In this document: positions 54,741-64,000 of the stretch, piece after piece
Numbering within the stretch: the first letter of the stretch is position 1
Layout: the number at the start of each line of letters is the position of its first letter
NCBI GenBank assembly: GCA_028687715.1
Contig: JAQTZP010000003.1
Span: forward strand, 7,521 to 71,520
Source of the DNA: Minisyncoccota bacterium
GTDB taxonomy: Bacteria > Patescibacteriota > Minisyncoccia > Minisyncoccales > GWA2-38-27
Direction of reading: 5' to 3'
Length of the DNA stretch: 64,000 bases
Translations under genes and position numbers: made by a program
Notes under the pieces: model-generated
Database searches by the model: none
What the model saw: the letters and a program-made list of their open reading frames with translations, nothing else
What the model was told of the DNA's origin: nothing

Positions 54741-55958
54741 TTACTTCATAGCTCCAACCATGCTGTAAATCGGCTGAATCATTGAAACAGCGAAAAAGCC
54801 GACTGCAGCACCGACTATAAGCATTAAAACAGGTTCAATGACCGAAGATAAATTCTTAGCCGCGTTAGCAACCTCCTCCTCGAAAAACTCAGCCAGCTTT
54901 TCTAAAATGCCTGAGGTCTCACCTGTTTCTTCTCCAACTTCAATCATCTGAATTACTAGATTCGGATAAACATCTTTATGCTTTTTTAATATTTCACCGA
55001 GCTTAGACCCTTTTTTTACCTCTTCAGCCGCCTCTTCCATCGCTCTTCTATAATAAACATTAGTCATTACCCTTGAAACGATTTCAAGCGACCTGACAAT
55101 AGGAATGCCAGCCTTAATTAAAGAGCTTAAAGTTCTTACTGTCCTGGCTGAATTTGTTTTTATTACAAAAACAGAAAATAGAGGAATTCTTAGAATTATA
55201 GTGTCAATTGCAATCTTGCCTGTTTTTGTTTTTAATGCAAAACGGACAGCTGCTACAAGGACTAAAATAAAAAGGGGGAAGAGATACCAAAATTGAGAGG
55301 AAAAAATACCTATAGCAATAACTATCCTTGTTGTCAGCGGAAGCGGAATAGAAAGTTCTGTAAATGTTTCTGCCAGTTTAGGAATAACCAGTATCATCAT
55401 TAAAAAACCGATAAGAATCATAGCTCCTATTATAACTGCCGGATAAATCATGGCTCCTTTTATCTTTGATTTAAGCTCATGCTCTTTTTCCATCTGACTG
55501 ACTAAGATATTTAGAGAATCTTCCATAGTCCCTGATTCTTCGCCCACTTTCATCATGCTTGAGAATAATTCCGGGAAGATATCGGGGTAATTTATCAAAC
55601 TTTCTGAAAAGCTTTTTCCTTTAGTAATCTCATCAGCGATATTATTCAAAGCTATCTTGAGCTTTTTATTCTTAGCCTGTTCTACTATAATCCTTAAAGC
55701 TCTGGGCAAGGGAATTCCAGCTTTTATCATAACTCCTAAATTCCTGGCAAACATTATCTTTTCAACTAAAGAAACTTTTTTAAAAAAAGGGATGTAAAAT
55801 TCTAATCTCTTTTTTGATCTTTCTTCTATTGAAGCTGAAATTAGAATATATCCTTCGCGACGCAAAACCTTAGCTAATTCATGTTCATTCTTAGCTTCTG
55901 AAGCGCCTGATTTCGGCTCTCCTGATAAGTTTTTAGCTATATATGAATAATAAGGCAC
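54741..55958 (-). CDS. pilC: type IV pilus platform protein PilC (GspF family)
   Basis: 405 aa with a duplicated GspF domain and three TM segments. Confidence 0.9.
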   Translation of the reverse strand: MPYYSYIAKNLSGEPKSGASEAKNEHELAKVLRREGYILISASIEERSKKRLEFYIPFFKKVSLVEKIMFARNLGVMIKAGIPLPRALRIIVEQAKNKKLKIALNNIADEITKGKSFSESLINYPDIFPELFSSMMKVGEESGTMEDSLNILVSQMEKEHELKSKIKGAMIYPAVIIGAMILIGFLMMILVIPKLAETFTELSIPLPLTTRIVIAIGIFSSQFWYLFPLFILVLVAAVRFALKTKTGKIAIDTIILRIPLFSVFVIKTNSARTVRTLSSLIKAGIPIVRSLEIVSRVMTNVYYRRAMEEAAEEVKKGSKLGEILKKHKDVYPNLVIQMIEVGEETGETSGILEKLAEFFEEEVANAAKNLSSVIEPVLMLIVGAAVGFFAVSMIQPIYSMVGAMK

Positions 55959-55981
55959 GATAACAAATTAAATGTATTAAT

Positions 55982-57733
55982 TTATTCCATTATTACCCTC
56001 AACACCTCTTCGATGCTGGTGATTCCCTGAGCCGCTTTAATAAATCCGTCTTCAACCATAGTAAGCATTCCCTCGCTTCTTGCCTGAGATTGAAGCTGAT
56101 CAGTAGTCGCCTTTTTGACAATTAATTCCTTTATTGCCTCTGTGACAATCAGGGCTTCGAAAATACCCACTCTTCCGAAATAGCCGTCTGGATATTCTTT
56201 AGAAGGCTTTGGGCGATAAAAATTAATATTTTTAATGGAATCTTTTGGTTTTACTATCTTTGTTTCTTTTAATATTTTAAGAACTTTTTCAAGATCGCAG
56301 TATTTGGCAAAGTTTTTAATATCTGCTTCTTTTAAAGCATATTTCTCTTTATTAGAAGCTAATTTCCTTACAAGCCTTTGAGCCAATATGATATTTAAAG
56401 TTGATGATATTAAAAATGGTTCTGCTTTCATATCCACCAAGCGCGGAATTGCTCCAGCTGCATTAATTGTATGCAAAGTTGATAAAACCAAGTGTCCTGT
56501 AAGGGCCGCGTTAATCGCCAAACCTGCGGTCTCATTATCTCTTATTTCCCCAACCATAATAATATCAGGATCCTGCCTAACCAGCGATCTCAAGCCGTTG
56601 GCAAAGGTAAGATCTATCTTAGGATTGACCTGAGTCTGATTGACGCGAGGAATCCTATACTCAATAGGGTCTTCAATAGTTGAAATATTGACTCCTGAAG
56701 TATTTAAAATCTCCATCATAGAATACAAAGTCGTTGTTTTGCCGGAACCAGTAGGCCCAGTAATCAAAATCATCCCTATTGGCTTCTTTAAAGAGCTTTT
56801 AACTCTTTCTAAAGCCTCTCCGCTTAATCCAATATCTTCCAAAGAATAAGCTTTCACGCTTTCAGAAAGAAGCCTCATTACAATCTTTTCGCCTCCAAAA
56901 ATGGGAAGGATAGAAACACGAACTGAATATTTATAATCTTCTGTTTCAATCTTAAAACGGCCGTCCTGGGGAAGCCGATGCTCATCTAATTTTAGATTAG
57001 ATAAAACCTTGATTCTGGCTACAACGCCTGGGGCAATAGTTTTCGGCAAAACCATTGCGTCATGAAGAATCCCGTCAATCCTGTACCGAACTATCACTTC
57101 TTTTTCCGTAGGTTCAATATGAATATCAGAAGCGCGCTGCAAAACAGCATGCTTCATTAAAGTATCAACAATCCTTATAACAGGAAGCTCTTCTGCTACT
57201 TTTCTTAATTCATCTTTTTCTTTCAGCTCATCTCCTGTTTCCTTGATAGATTTTATTCCTCCCACTTCTTTCTTTATAATCTCTCCGAATTCCACTTCCA
57301 GCGTTTTCTGGTACTGCCTTAGGGCTGATTTGATGCTTTCTTCGTTTGTCAGTCGAGGAAGAATCTTCAAATTAGATTTCTTCTTAATAAACTCTATCGT
57401 TCTTAAATCTTCAGGGTCAAGCATGGCCACTTCTAAATTATTCTCATATTTTCTAAAAGCAATGATATTATTTTTCTTGGCTACAAGCTCCGGGATTATT
57501 CTCAGGACTTCAGGCGGGATAGTAATCCTTTTTAAATTAACAAAAGGAATGCCTAAAATATATGCTTCCAGCTTTATTAGCTCTTCTTGCTTTATTAATC
57601 CTTCTTTTACTAAAACATCTTCAATTTTCTGTTTTTTAGCTTTTGATTTTTTAAGCGCTTTCTCAAATTGAGCTTTGGTCACCAAACCCACGTCAAGGAT
57701 AAAAGCTTTTAGTTGCTCTGGTTCTACGTGCAT
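55982..57733 (-). CDS. pilB: type IV pilus assembly ATPase PilB (GspE family)
   Basis: 583 aa with Walker A GPTGSGKTTT, Asp box and His box of GspE ATPases. Confidence 0.9.
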   Translation of the reverse strand: MHVEPEQLKAFILDVGLVTKAQFEKALKKSKAKKQKIEDVLVKEGLIKQEELIKLEAYILGIPFVNLKRITIPPEVLRIIPELVAKKNNIIAFRKYENNLEVAMLDPEDLRTIEFIKKKSNLKILPRLTNEESIKSALRQYQKTLEVEFGEIIKKEVGGIKSIKETGDELKEKDELRKVAEELPVIRIVDTLMKHAVLQRASDIHIEPTEKEVIVRYRIDGILHDAMVLPKTIAPGVVARIKVLSNLKLDEHRLPQDGRFKIETEDYKYSVRVSILPIFGGEKIVMRLLSESVKAYSLEDIGLSGEALERVKSSLKKPIGMILITGPTGSGKTTTLYSMMEILNTSGVNISTIEDPIEYRIPRVNQTQVNPKIDLTFANGLRSLVRQDPDIIMVGEIRDNETAGLAINAALTGHLVLSTLHTINAAGAIPRLVDMKAEPFLISSTLNIILAQRLVRKLASNKEKYALKEADIKNFAKYCDLEKVLKILKETKIVKPKDSIKNINFYRPKPSKEYPDGYFGRVGIFEALIVTEAIKELIVKKATTDQLQSQARSEGMLTMVEDGFIKAAQGITSIEEVLRVIME

Positions 57734-57749
57734 AAGATTATAAAGTGTT

Positions 57750-58115
57750 TTATTTTAATACTTGCTTGATTTTTGATAGAACATCCTGCAGTCGGTATGA
57801 ACTTTTTACAAGATAGGTTGTCGCCCCAAGTTCAAGAGCCTTGGTTACTTCTTCGGTTCCTTCTAAATTGGTTAAGATAATAACGGGAATTTTCTCTGTT
57901 TCCGGATCTGCTTTAATTTTTTCTAATAAATCAAATCCGTGAAGCTTCGGCAAAACTAAATCTAAAAGCACTAAGTCGGGCTTTTTTACTTTTACCATTT
58001 TAAGGCCGGTTTCTCCGTCAAAAGCGCTTATAACGTTGTATCCTTTTTTCTTTAAAAACTCTCCCATTGTCTTCTGAATAGCTTTTTCATCTTCAATAAA
58101 TAAGATTCTTTTCAT
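57750..58115 (-). CDS. single-domain response regulator (CheY-like receiver)
   Basis: 121 aa with a phospho-acceptor context PDLVLLDLVLP and a conserved Lys near the C-terminus. Confidence 0.9.
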   Translation of the reverse strand: MKRILFIEDEKAIQKTMGEFLKKKGYNVISAFDGETGLKMVKVKKPDLVLLDLVLPKLHGFDLLEKIKADPETEKIPVIILTNLEGTEEVTKALELGATTYLVKSSYRLQDVLSKIKQVLK

Positions 58116-58184
58116 AAAATTAACGCTAATATTATTGAATTGCCGACATTATAACCGGCATCAGTTTATAAAGCGTTTAAATTA

Positions 58185-59126
58185 TTATTTTGTTGGAATT
58201 AAAAAATGAAAGGTTGTCCCTTTATTTGCTTCAGAATCAAACCAAATCCTGCCGCCTGACTTTATAATAATTGATTTGGCGATATAAAGACCGAGACCGC
58301 TTCCCTTTGTTTGATTCCTCATTGCATTTTCAGCCCTGAAGAACTTGCCAAAGATATATTTCTGGTCTTGCTTCGGAATGCCGACTCCGTTGTCTTTAAT
58401 TGAAAAATACAACCTGTTTTTCCTGCATTCTGTTTCTATTTCAACCCTTCCTCCTTTTTTTGTATAGCGAATAGCATTATCTATCAGATTCTCTACTACC
58501 AACTTTATCAAATTAGGGTCAAAAAAAGCACTTGGAAGGCTTTCTTTCGGATTAAAAACAATCTTTATATTACAAACCTCAGCAAATGCTTTAGAGCGTT
58601 CTATCACTTCATATACCAAATCATTTAAAGAGCTTTTAGTTTTCTTTAAAGGGAAAGAGCCCTCCTCAATTTTTGAAACAATTAAAAGGTCGTCTATCAG
58701 CTCCACCATTCTTGATATGTTCTCTTTTAAATGAGTATAGTATTCATCTTTTTTATTATCAGCTATCTCTACGTCTTCCGAGGTCAAAAAGTCAGCTATC
58801 CACTTTATATTAGTAATAGGAGAACGAAGCTGATGGGAAACGATATTTATAAATTCTGACTTCATTCTGGATGCTTCAGCCAGCCTCTCAAAGCTTCGTG
58901 TAATAATGTATGAAATGATAAATAAAACGCCTGTGATAATAATGACTATTAAAGCCACAAGAGAAGGATCAGTTATATAACTGCTTCCAATTAGATAAGA
59001 ACCTATTGAAGTCAAAATAATAATCAACCCCATCACCAAAAAAAGAAATTGGGGGCACTGCCAGATGGAAAGCCCGTAGCCTCTGCAGTATTTGACGATG
59101 TTTAATTGAGAAACTACTTCTTGCAT
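58185..59126 (-). CDS. sensor histidine kinase
   Basis: 313 aa. Two N-terminal TM helices, H-box SHQLRSPIT, and N and G boxes DNAIRYT and GSGLGLYIA. Confidence 0.85.
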   Translation of the reverse strand: MQEVVSQLNIVKYCRGYGLSIWQCPQFLFLVMGLIIILTSIGSYLIGSSYITDPSLVALIVIIITGVLFIISYIITRSFERLAEASRMKSEFINIVSHQLRSPITNIKWIADFLTSEDVEIADNKKDEYYTHLKENISRMVELIDDLLIVSKIEEGSFPLKKTKSSLNDLVYEVIERSKAFAEVCNIKIVFNPKESLPSAFFDPNLIKLVVENLIDNAIRYTKKGGRVEIETECRKNRLYFSIKDNGVGIPKQDQKYIFGKFFRAENAMRNQTKGSGLGLYIAKSIIIKSGGRIWFDSEANKGTTFHFLIPTK

Positions 59127-59242
59127 AAGATTTAACCATTTATACTATTATAGTAATAAATGATATAAATTGCTAATCTTTTTAATTCTACCACATTTAA
59201 CGATTAGCTTCAAAATAAAAAGGCTGTTGTTTAAACAGCTTT

Positions 59243-60463
59243 TTATTCATACCTTAGAGCATCAACAGGCTTCAATTTAGAAGCAGAACGCGCTGGAAAA
59301 AATCCTGAAGCGCAGCCTACCAAGAAAGAAAAGGCTAAAGAAAATGTGATTAAGCCGGGACTGGCAGAGGCTTTCATGTAAAAAAGAGGGTGAAATTGAA
59401 GGTATAATTCTATGCTTTTGGCAAGCCCGACTCCCAATAGAGTTCCCCCAATACCTCCTATCATCCCAAAGATGCCTGACTCAATCAAAAAGATAAGATT
59501 GATTGTTGAATTCTTGGCTCCTATTGCCTTCATAATTCCTATTTCCTTTACTCTTTCCCTTACCGAAGTATACATTGTATTCATTATCCCTATTCCGCCG
59601 ACAACAATGGCAATTGAGGCAAATCCAAAGATAACAGCTTCTATTAAAATCATTATATCCCCGACAATTTTAGTAATCTTCTCACTGCTTAAAACAGAAA
59701 AAGACGTAGAATCTTCTCCTCTTTTTCTTTTTCTGGTTTCATTAAGATTATCTTTAATGTATTCAACGACGTCATCTGTCGAATACCCTGATTTTATCTT
59801 GGCAAAGGCCATGCTGGCGCCTTCTCTTTTGCCTGTGATATCCTGGAAAATGGTTAAATCTAAAGCAATCATAGAATCATCCTGTTTGCTCCCAAGGGAA
59901 TTTAAAACGCCGACTATTTCAAATCTCCTGCCCTTTATTACTGCATCGGTTCCTACTTTCAGCCCTGGGAATATTTCTTCAGGCACCAGGCTCCCGACAA
60001 TAATCTCTTCTTTGCCTGGTATCGGCCAACGACCTTCTTTAAGAGTCCAGCCCATATCCTTTTGATAAACATCAAGGGCTTCTTTCCAAGGATTTCCGTA
60101 TAAAATTACAGTTTTTTTCTCATTTTTATAGCGCATAACTTCTGCTTTGTAAATCATTGGCACTACAAAATCAACGCCTTCTGTCTTTTTAATCGTTCTG
60201 ATATCATCATCTGTCAATTCAACCCCGCCGATAAGAGTAGTCATCAAGTCGCTTATATCCCCCGGAATAATCATAACTAAATCTTTGCCCATCATTCTCA
60301 TCTGCTGCAAAACTGCGGTTTTAAGCCCTTCGCTTAAGGAAATTAATGAGACAATCAAAAAGACGCCGATAATAACGCCTATTATGGTCAGCCAGCTTCT
60401 CAGCTTTCTGGTTTTTAAATTCTTTACAGCTATTTTAATATATTCTTTAAAACTGCCTTTCAT
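59243..60463 (-). CDS. ABC transporter permease (MacB/FtsX-like)
   Basis: 406 aa. TM1, a large extracytoplasmic domain, then a C-terminal FtsX 3-TM bundle. Confidence 0.85.
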   Translation of the reverse strand: MKGSFKEYIKIAVKNLKTRKLRSWLTIIGVIIGVFLIVSLISLSEGLKTAVLQQMRMMGKDLVMIIPGDISDLMTTLIGGVELTDDDIRTIKKTEGVDFVVPMIYKAEVMRYKNEKKTVILYGNPWKEALDVYQKDMGWTLKEGRWPIPGKEEIIVGSLVPEEIFPGLKVGTDAVIKGRRFEIVGVLNSLGSKQDDSMIALDLTIFQDITGKREGASMAFAKIKSGYSTDDVVEYIKDNLNETRKRKRGEDSTSFSVLSSEKITKIVGDIMILIEAVIFGFASIAIVVGGIGIMNTMYTSVRERVKEIGIMKAIGAKNSTINLIFLIESGIFGMIGGIGGTLLGVGLAKSIELYLQFHPLFYMKASASPGLITFSLAFSFLVGCASGFFPARSASKLKPVDALRYE

Positions 60464-60470
60464 ATAATTA

Positions 60471-61178
60471 TTATTTCCACAAGACTTTTTCTGAAGCTAA
60501 ATGATTGGAAACAATCTGGCCGTCTTTGATATTAATAACTTCTTTGCTGTAGCGGGCGATATTTGGGTCGTGAGTAACCACAATGATTGTTTTTTTATTC
60601 TCACTGTGCAGTTTTTCAAATATCTCCATAATTATCTTGCCTGTTGAAGAATCTAAGTTTCCGGTCGGCTCATCGGCTATTAAAATCTCCGGGTCGTTAG
60701 CCAAAGAACGGGCTATTGCAATTCTCTGCTGTTCACCCCCCGAAAGCTCTGAAGGACGATGGTTTATTCTTTTATCCAAATTCAAGGAGTTTAAAAGGCT
60801 TAATGCCTTTTCTTTTCTTTTATCCTCATCAATTCCCTGAAAAATCATAGGAAGCATAACGTTTTCCAAGGCTGTAAGATTAGGCAAAAGATTAAACTGC
60901 TGGAATACAAATCCGATTTTTCTGCCTCTGAACTTAGCAAGTTCATCTTCAGTAAACTTAGAAACATCGCTGCCTTCTAAAAGAATCCTTCCTTTACTCG
61001 GAATATCCAAAAGGCCTAAAAGATACATCAGAGTTGATTTGCCAGAACCAGAAGGACCCATTATTGTAACAAAAGAACCTGAGCTTATTTCCAAGTTTAT
61101 TTCTTTTAAAACAGCAAGCTCTATCTCTCCGAGCCTAAAGATTTTACTGACATTTTCTAATTTTATTAAAGATTGCAT
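60471..61178 (-). CDS. ABC transporter ATP-binding protein (MacB/LolD-like)
   Basis: Walker A GPSGSGKST, signature LSGGEQQR and Walker B ILIADEPT. Confidence 0.95.
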   Translation of the reverse strand: MQSLIKLENVSKIFRLGEIELAVLKEINLEISSGSFVTIMGPSGSGKSTLMYLLGLLDIPSKGRILLEGSDVSKFTEDELAKFRGRKIGFVFQQFNLLPNLTALENVMLPMIFQGIDEDKRKEKALSLLNSLNLDKRINHRPSELSGGEQQRIAIARSLANDPEILIADEPTGNLDSSTGKIIMEIFEKLHSENKKTIIVVTHDPNIARYSKEVINIKDGQIVSNHLASEKVLWK

Positions 61179-61190
61179 TTACTAGTGATA

Positions 61191-62819
61191 TTATCTATTT
61201 TTAGATAAAACTATCTGTTCTCCTTCTGAAATACCCGAAACAATCTCTGTCATATCGTTTCCTTCAAGACCTATCTCAATTTCTCTTTCTTCAATTTTTC
61301 CGTCCTTAAAAACCTCAACGACTCTCTTTCCGTTTATTTTCTCAATGGCTTCGTTTAAAACAGCTAAGATATTTTCTTTTTTTACAGCTTCAATGACAAT
61401 ATCAGCAGTCATCCCGGGTTTAATTCCCTCTTTAGTTTCTATAAAATCAATGGTTACCTCATAATAAACAACATTGTTTATTAATTTCTCTGCTGGATCA
61501 ATTGAAGAAACTTCTCCTTTGAGCGTTTCGTCTGGAAAGGCAACGAGATTTATCTTAACAGGATTCCCTACCTTTATATCCACTATTTCTTCTTCGTAGA
61601 TATCAACTTTTACCTGAAAAGGAGCCTGAGGCAGAAAAGATATTACTTTTTCAGCAGGCTGAACTATTTCTCCCTGTCTTTTATCTATTTTTGTTATCTG
61701 CCCGTCAACTGGAGCTTTCAAAGTATATTCATTGATTTGATTCTGGTACAAAGAAACTTTTGCCAAAGCTTCTTCGGTCTGGGCCTTATAAAGGTTTACT
61801 TCTTCTGACCGGGCTGAAGCAATAAGCAGGCTGAGATCGCTTTCTGCTCTTAAAAGACTTGTTTCCTTTTCAGAAACGTCAGCCTTGGCATTATTGATGT
61901 TTTTTTCATTTGCAACTTTTGTAGATGAAATTGTCTGGACAACAGTTATTATATTTGTATAAGAAGTGTTAATGTATGATTTTTGGTTATCAAGAGACGT
62001 CTTGTAGCTGCTAGAAACAGCATCTCTGTAAAGCATTGAATCTGTCATATTTCTGACTATCTCCAGCGAGCTCCTAACATTCTCAAGAGATTCTTTTGTC
62101 TTAATCAAAGCAGCGTCAATTGAAGACTGGGAGCCTGATAAAGAACTGGAAATTGCAGAGCTTGCCTCATTTAAAGAATTCTCTATATCTATTCTTTTCT
62201 GCCTGACATTTAAACCTTCCTGGTCGTTTAAAGTGAAATAAGTGCGCTCTATGTCTTTTACCACTATTAGGGCGTTATAGATTTTCAGATAAGCATCATT
62301 TAAGGCGTCTTCACCATCCTCATAGGCATTATCTAAATCCTGCTTGGCATTCAGTTCTGCATCTAAAAGCTTCTGCCTGCTGTTTTCTAAACTGGTTCTG
62401 GCGTTTAAAACATTTGTCTCATAAACTTTAATTTCCTCCTTTGTGGCTCCGGCTAAAAGCTTATCGTAATTTGCCTTAGCAGCGTTATATAAAGCCTGAG
62501 CCTGTCTTAATTGATAATAAACATCTGTACTCTCAAGCTTTACCAGCTCCTGGCCTGCTTTTACCTGGTCTCCAGCCTTTACATAAATCTTTTCAATCCC
62601 TGAGCTGTTTTTAAAACTTAATCCTATTTCTTCGCTTATTTTCACTGTGCCTGTTTCCGAGATCTCTTTTATTACCGTAGTCCTTTCTGCGGCTTTTAAA
62701 ACAAGATTATCGCCTTTATTCTTAAAAAATGCATTATATAGAACAAAGCCGATTATCAATAAAGCGATAATGATTATTATAATGGGCCTTTTTTTGATTA
62801 TCTTTATAAACCTATTCAT
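61191..62819 (-). CDS. HlyD/MacA-like periplasmic adaptor with a very long coiled-coil
   Basis: 542 aa. N-terminal TM helix, biotinyl-lipoyl-like VKAGDQVKAGQELVKL, and a long helical hairpin region. Confidence 0.75.
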   Translation of the reverse strand: MNRFIKIIKKRPIIIIIIALLIIGFVLYNAFFKNKGDNLVLKAAERTTVIKEISETGTVKISEEIGLSFKNSSGIEKIYVKAGDQVKAGQELVKLESTDVYYQLRQAQALYNAAKANYDKLLAGATKEEIKVYETNVLNARTSLENSRQKLLDAELNAKQDLDNAYEDGEDALNDAYLKIYNALIVVKDIERTYFTLNDQEGLNVRQKRIDIENSLNEASSAISSSLSGSQSSIDAALIKTKESLENVRSSLEIVRNMTDSMLYRDAVSSSYKTSLDNQKSYINTSYTNIITVVQTISSTKVANEKNINNAKADVSEKETSLLRAESDLSLLIASARSEEVNLYKAQTEEALAKVSLYQNQINEYTLKAPVDGQITKIDKRQGEIVQPAEKVISFLPQAPFQVKVDIYEEEIVDIKVGNPVKINLVAFPDETLKGEVSSIDPAEKLINNVVYYEVTIDFIETKEGIKPGMTADIVIEAVKKENILAVLNEAIEKINGKRVVEVFKDGKIEEREIEIGLEGNDMTEIVSGISEGEQIVLSKNR

Positions 62820-62895
62820 TTTTAATTTATTTTATCAGCATTCTTTTACCCCTGCCTGAAAGAATAAAAGAAGCCTATTAAAATATTATTGATTA

Positions 62896-63666
62896 TTAAC
62901 CATTTAAAAGAATCTTGCTTAAAAACATTAAGGTTATGCCAAAAAAGAATATTACAAGATGAATGATTGAATCCTTTGGACCTAAGCTATGCTTAATTTC
63001 AGGGAGCAGGTCTGAAGAAGCGATATAGATAAAATTACCAGCGGCAAAAGGCAGTAAAAAGATAATTGAAGAACCTATTTTTTCTGACACTAAAAACCCT
63101 ATTATTCCTCCTAAAACAGCCAGTAAAGCTGAAAGAAAATTAAAGAAAACAGCCTTTATTTTTTTAAATCCGCCGTAAATCAAAACTCCAAAGTCTCCTA
63201 TTTCCTGAGGAATTTCATGAAAAGCTATGCTTAAAGTAGTGATAACGCCTACAGGAATTGAGACTATAAAGGAAGCAGCTATTATAAAGCCGTCTATTAA
63301 ATTATGAATTCCGTCTGAAATTAAAATCAGATAAGAAAAAGGCGCTGTCTTGGGACAATCCTTGCAATTTATAACATGATGATGGTGCCATCTTATTACC
63401 TGCTCCAAGAAAAAAAATGAAGAAAATCCAATAATTAGAAATGAAAATATTTGCAAAAGAGATTCTTCATTAGAACCAATTTCTTCAATTGCCTCGGGCA
63501 GAAGATGAAAAAAAGAACTGCCGATTAATGTCCCGGCAGAAAAAGTAACCAATACTAAAATTATTTTATTCAATATCTTTTCTTTTAGAACTAAAGTCAA
63601 AACTCCGATAAAAGAAATCAAACTGACTAAAAAAGTGCTGATTAAGATGTAAAAGAGGATATTCAT
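62896..63666 (-). CDS. ZIP family metal transporter (ZupT-like)
   Basis: 256-aa polytopic protein with a His-rich loop WHHHHV and the HEIPQEIGDF motif. Confidence 0.85.
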   Translation of the reverse strand: MNILFYILISTFLVSLISFIGVLTLVLKEKILNKIILVLVTFSAGTLIGSSFFHLLPEAIEEIGSNEESLLQIFSFLIIGFSSFFFLEQVIRWHHHHVINCKDCPKTAPFSYLILISDGIHNLIDGFIIAASFIVSIPVGVITTLSIAFHEIPQEIGDFGVLIYGGFKKIKAVFFNFLSALLAVLGGIIGFLVSEKIGSSIIFLLPFAAGNFIYIASSDLLPEIKHSLGPKDSIIHLVIFFFGITLMFLSKILLNG

Positions 63667-63683
63667 TTTAAAAAAAGAGATTC

Positions 63684-64000
63684 CTAATTAGAGAAGTTTT
63701 CTCGGCAAATTAAGTCTTTCAAGCTTTTTCTTGATTTTACCGATGGCTCATCATAAGGCACTCCTACAGGCATTAATGCAACAACTTTATACTGAACCGG
63801 TATTGATAAGATTTTCCTTATTTCGTCTTGGGAAAAAGAGCCTATCCAGCAGGTTCCCAAGCCTTCTGAACTAGCGGCAAGAGTCAAATGATCCATCGCA
63901 ACAGCGACATCAACTGCATAAGCAGGCACTCCTGATGTCATTATGTGCTTAGGATTTAAAGAAACGCCTACTATGACAAGAGGAGCTTCTGATATAAAGC
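63684..64000 (-). CDS. nitroreductase family protein, C-terminal part (runs off the right edge)
   Basis: ...GLGTCWIGSFSQDEIRKILSIP... matches the nitroreductase C-terminus. The reading frame stays open upstream of the track Met to the window end. Confidence 0.55.
   Translation of the reverse strand, partial: FISEAPLVIVGVSLNPKHIMTSGVPAYAVDVAVAMDHLTLAASSEGLGTCWIGSFSQDEIRKILSIPVQYKVVALMPVGVPYDEPSVKSRKSLKDLICRENFSN

Noticed and set aside
159-60467. Many antisense ORFs in the track (for example 159-437+, 1923-2240+, 8192-9014+, 21189-21515+, 22659-23105+, 27113-27869-, 37309-37879+, 56388-57671+, 59412-60065+).
   Set aside because: Each lies entirely inside a longer, well-supported gene on the other strand. 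Their products are low-complexity Ser/Phe/Leu/Ile-rich translations typical of the complement of Lys/Glu-rich A+T-rich genes.
1-64000. CRISPR arrays, rRNA genes, and transposases or integrases.
   Set aside because: While reading the window I found no regularly spaced direct repeats and no rRNA-like conserved blocks. No ORF has transposase or integrase motifs.

Overview
By eye this fragment is low in G+C (about one third) and very gene-dense. Nearly all genes are on the minus strand, and most start codons lack a Shine-Dalgarno (SD) sequence. The housekeeping content is infA-rpmJ-rpsM-rpsK, AlaRS/HisRS/LeuRS, ClpB, NrdDG, FtsA/FtsZ, TopA, FolD/GlyA, a type IV pilus cluster, ComEC and a MacAB-like pump. 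This looks like a small-genome, CPR/Patescibacteria-like bacterium, which is an inference from content and not a measurement.

Several accessory elements sit on this backbone:
- **DGR (32163-35019).** This is a complete diversity-generating retroelement. It has a reverse transcriptase, an Avd-like gene on the opposite strand, and a 122-nt TR/VR pair in which all 17 differences fall on TR adenines. The target gene has no secretion signal.
- **G+C-rich expression cassettes.** Each has a near-consensus TTGACA-type promoter, a strong SD and its own terminator. They are the DGR target, a non-diversified paralogue of it, a csrA gene missing from the ORF track, and a 98-aa Arg-rich ORF.
- **Candidate ncRNA.** It is about 175 nt, carries its own promoter and terminator, is rich in GGA motifs, and lies 1.6 kb from csrA.
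- **Restriction-modification + HEPN island.** It lies immediately after tRNA-Leu.

Four tRNAs were found by hand folding. No rRNA, CRISPR array, integrase or transposase was seen.
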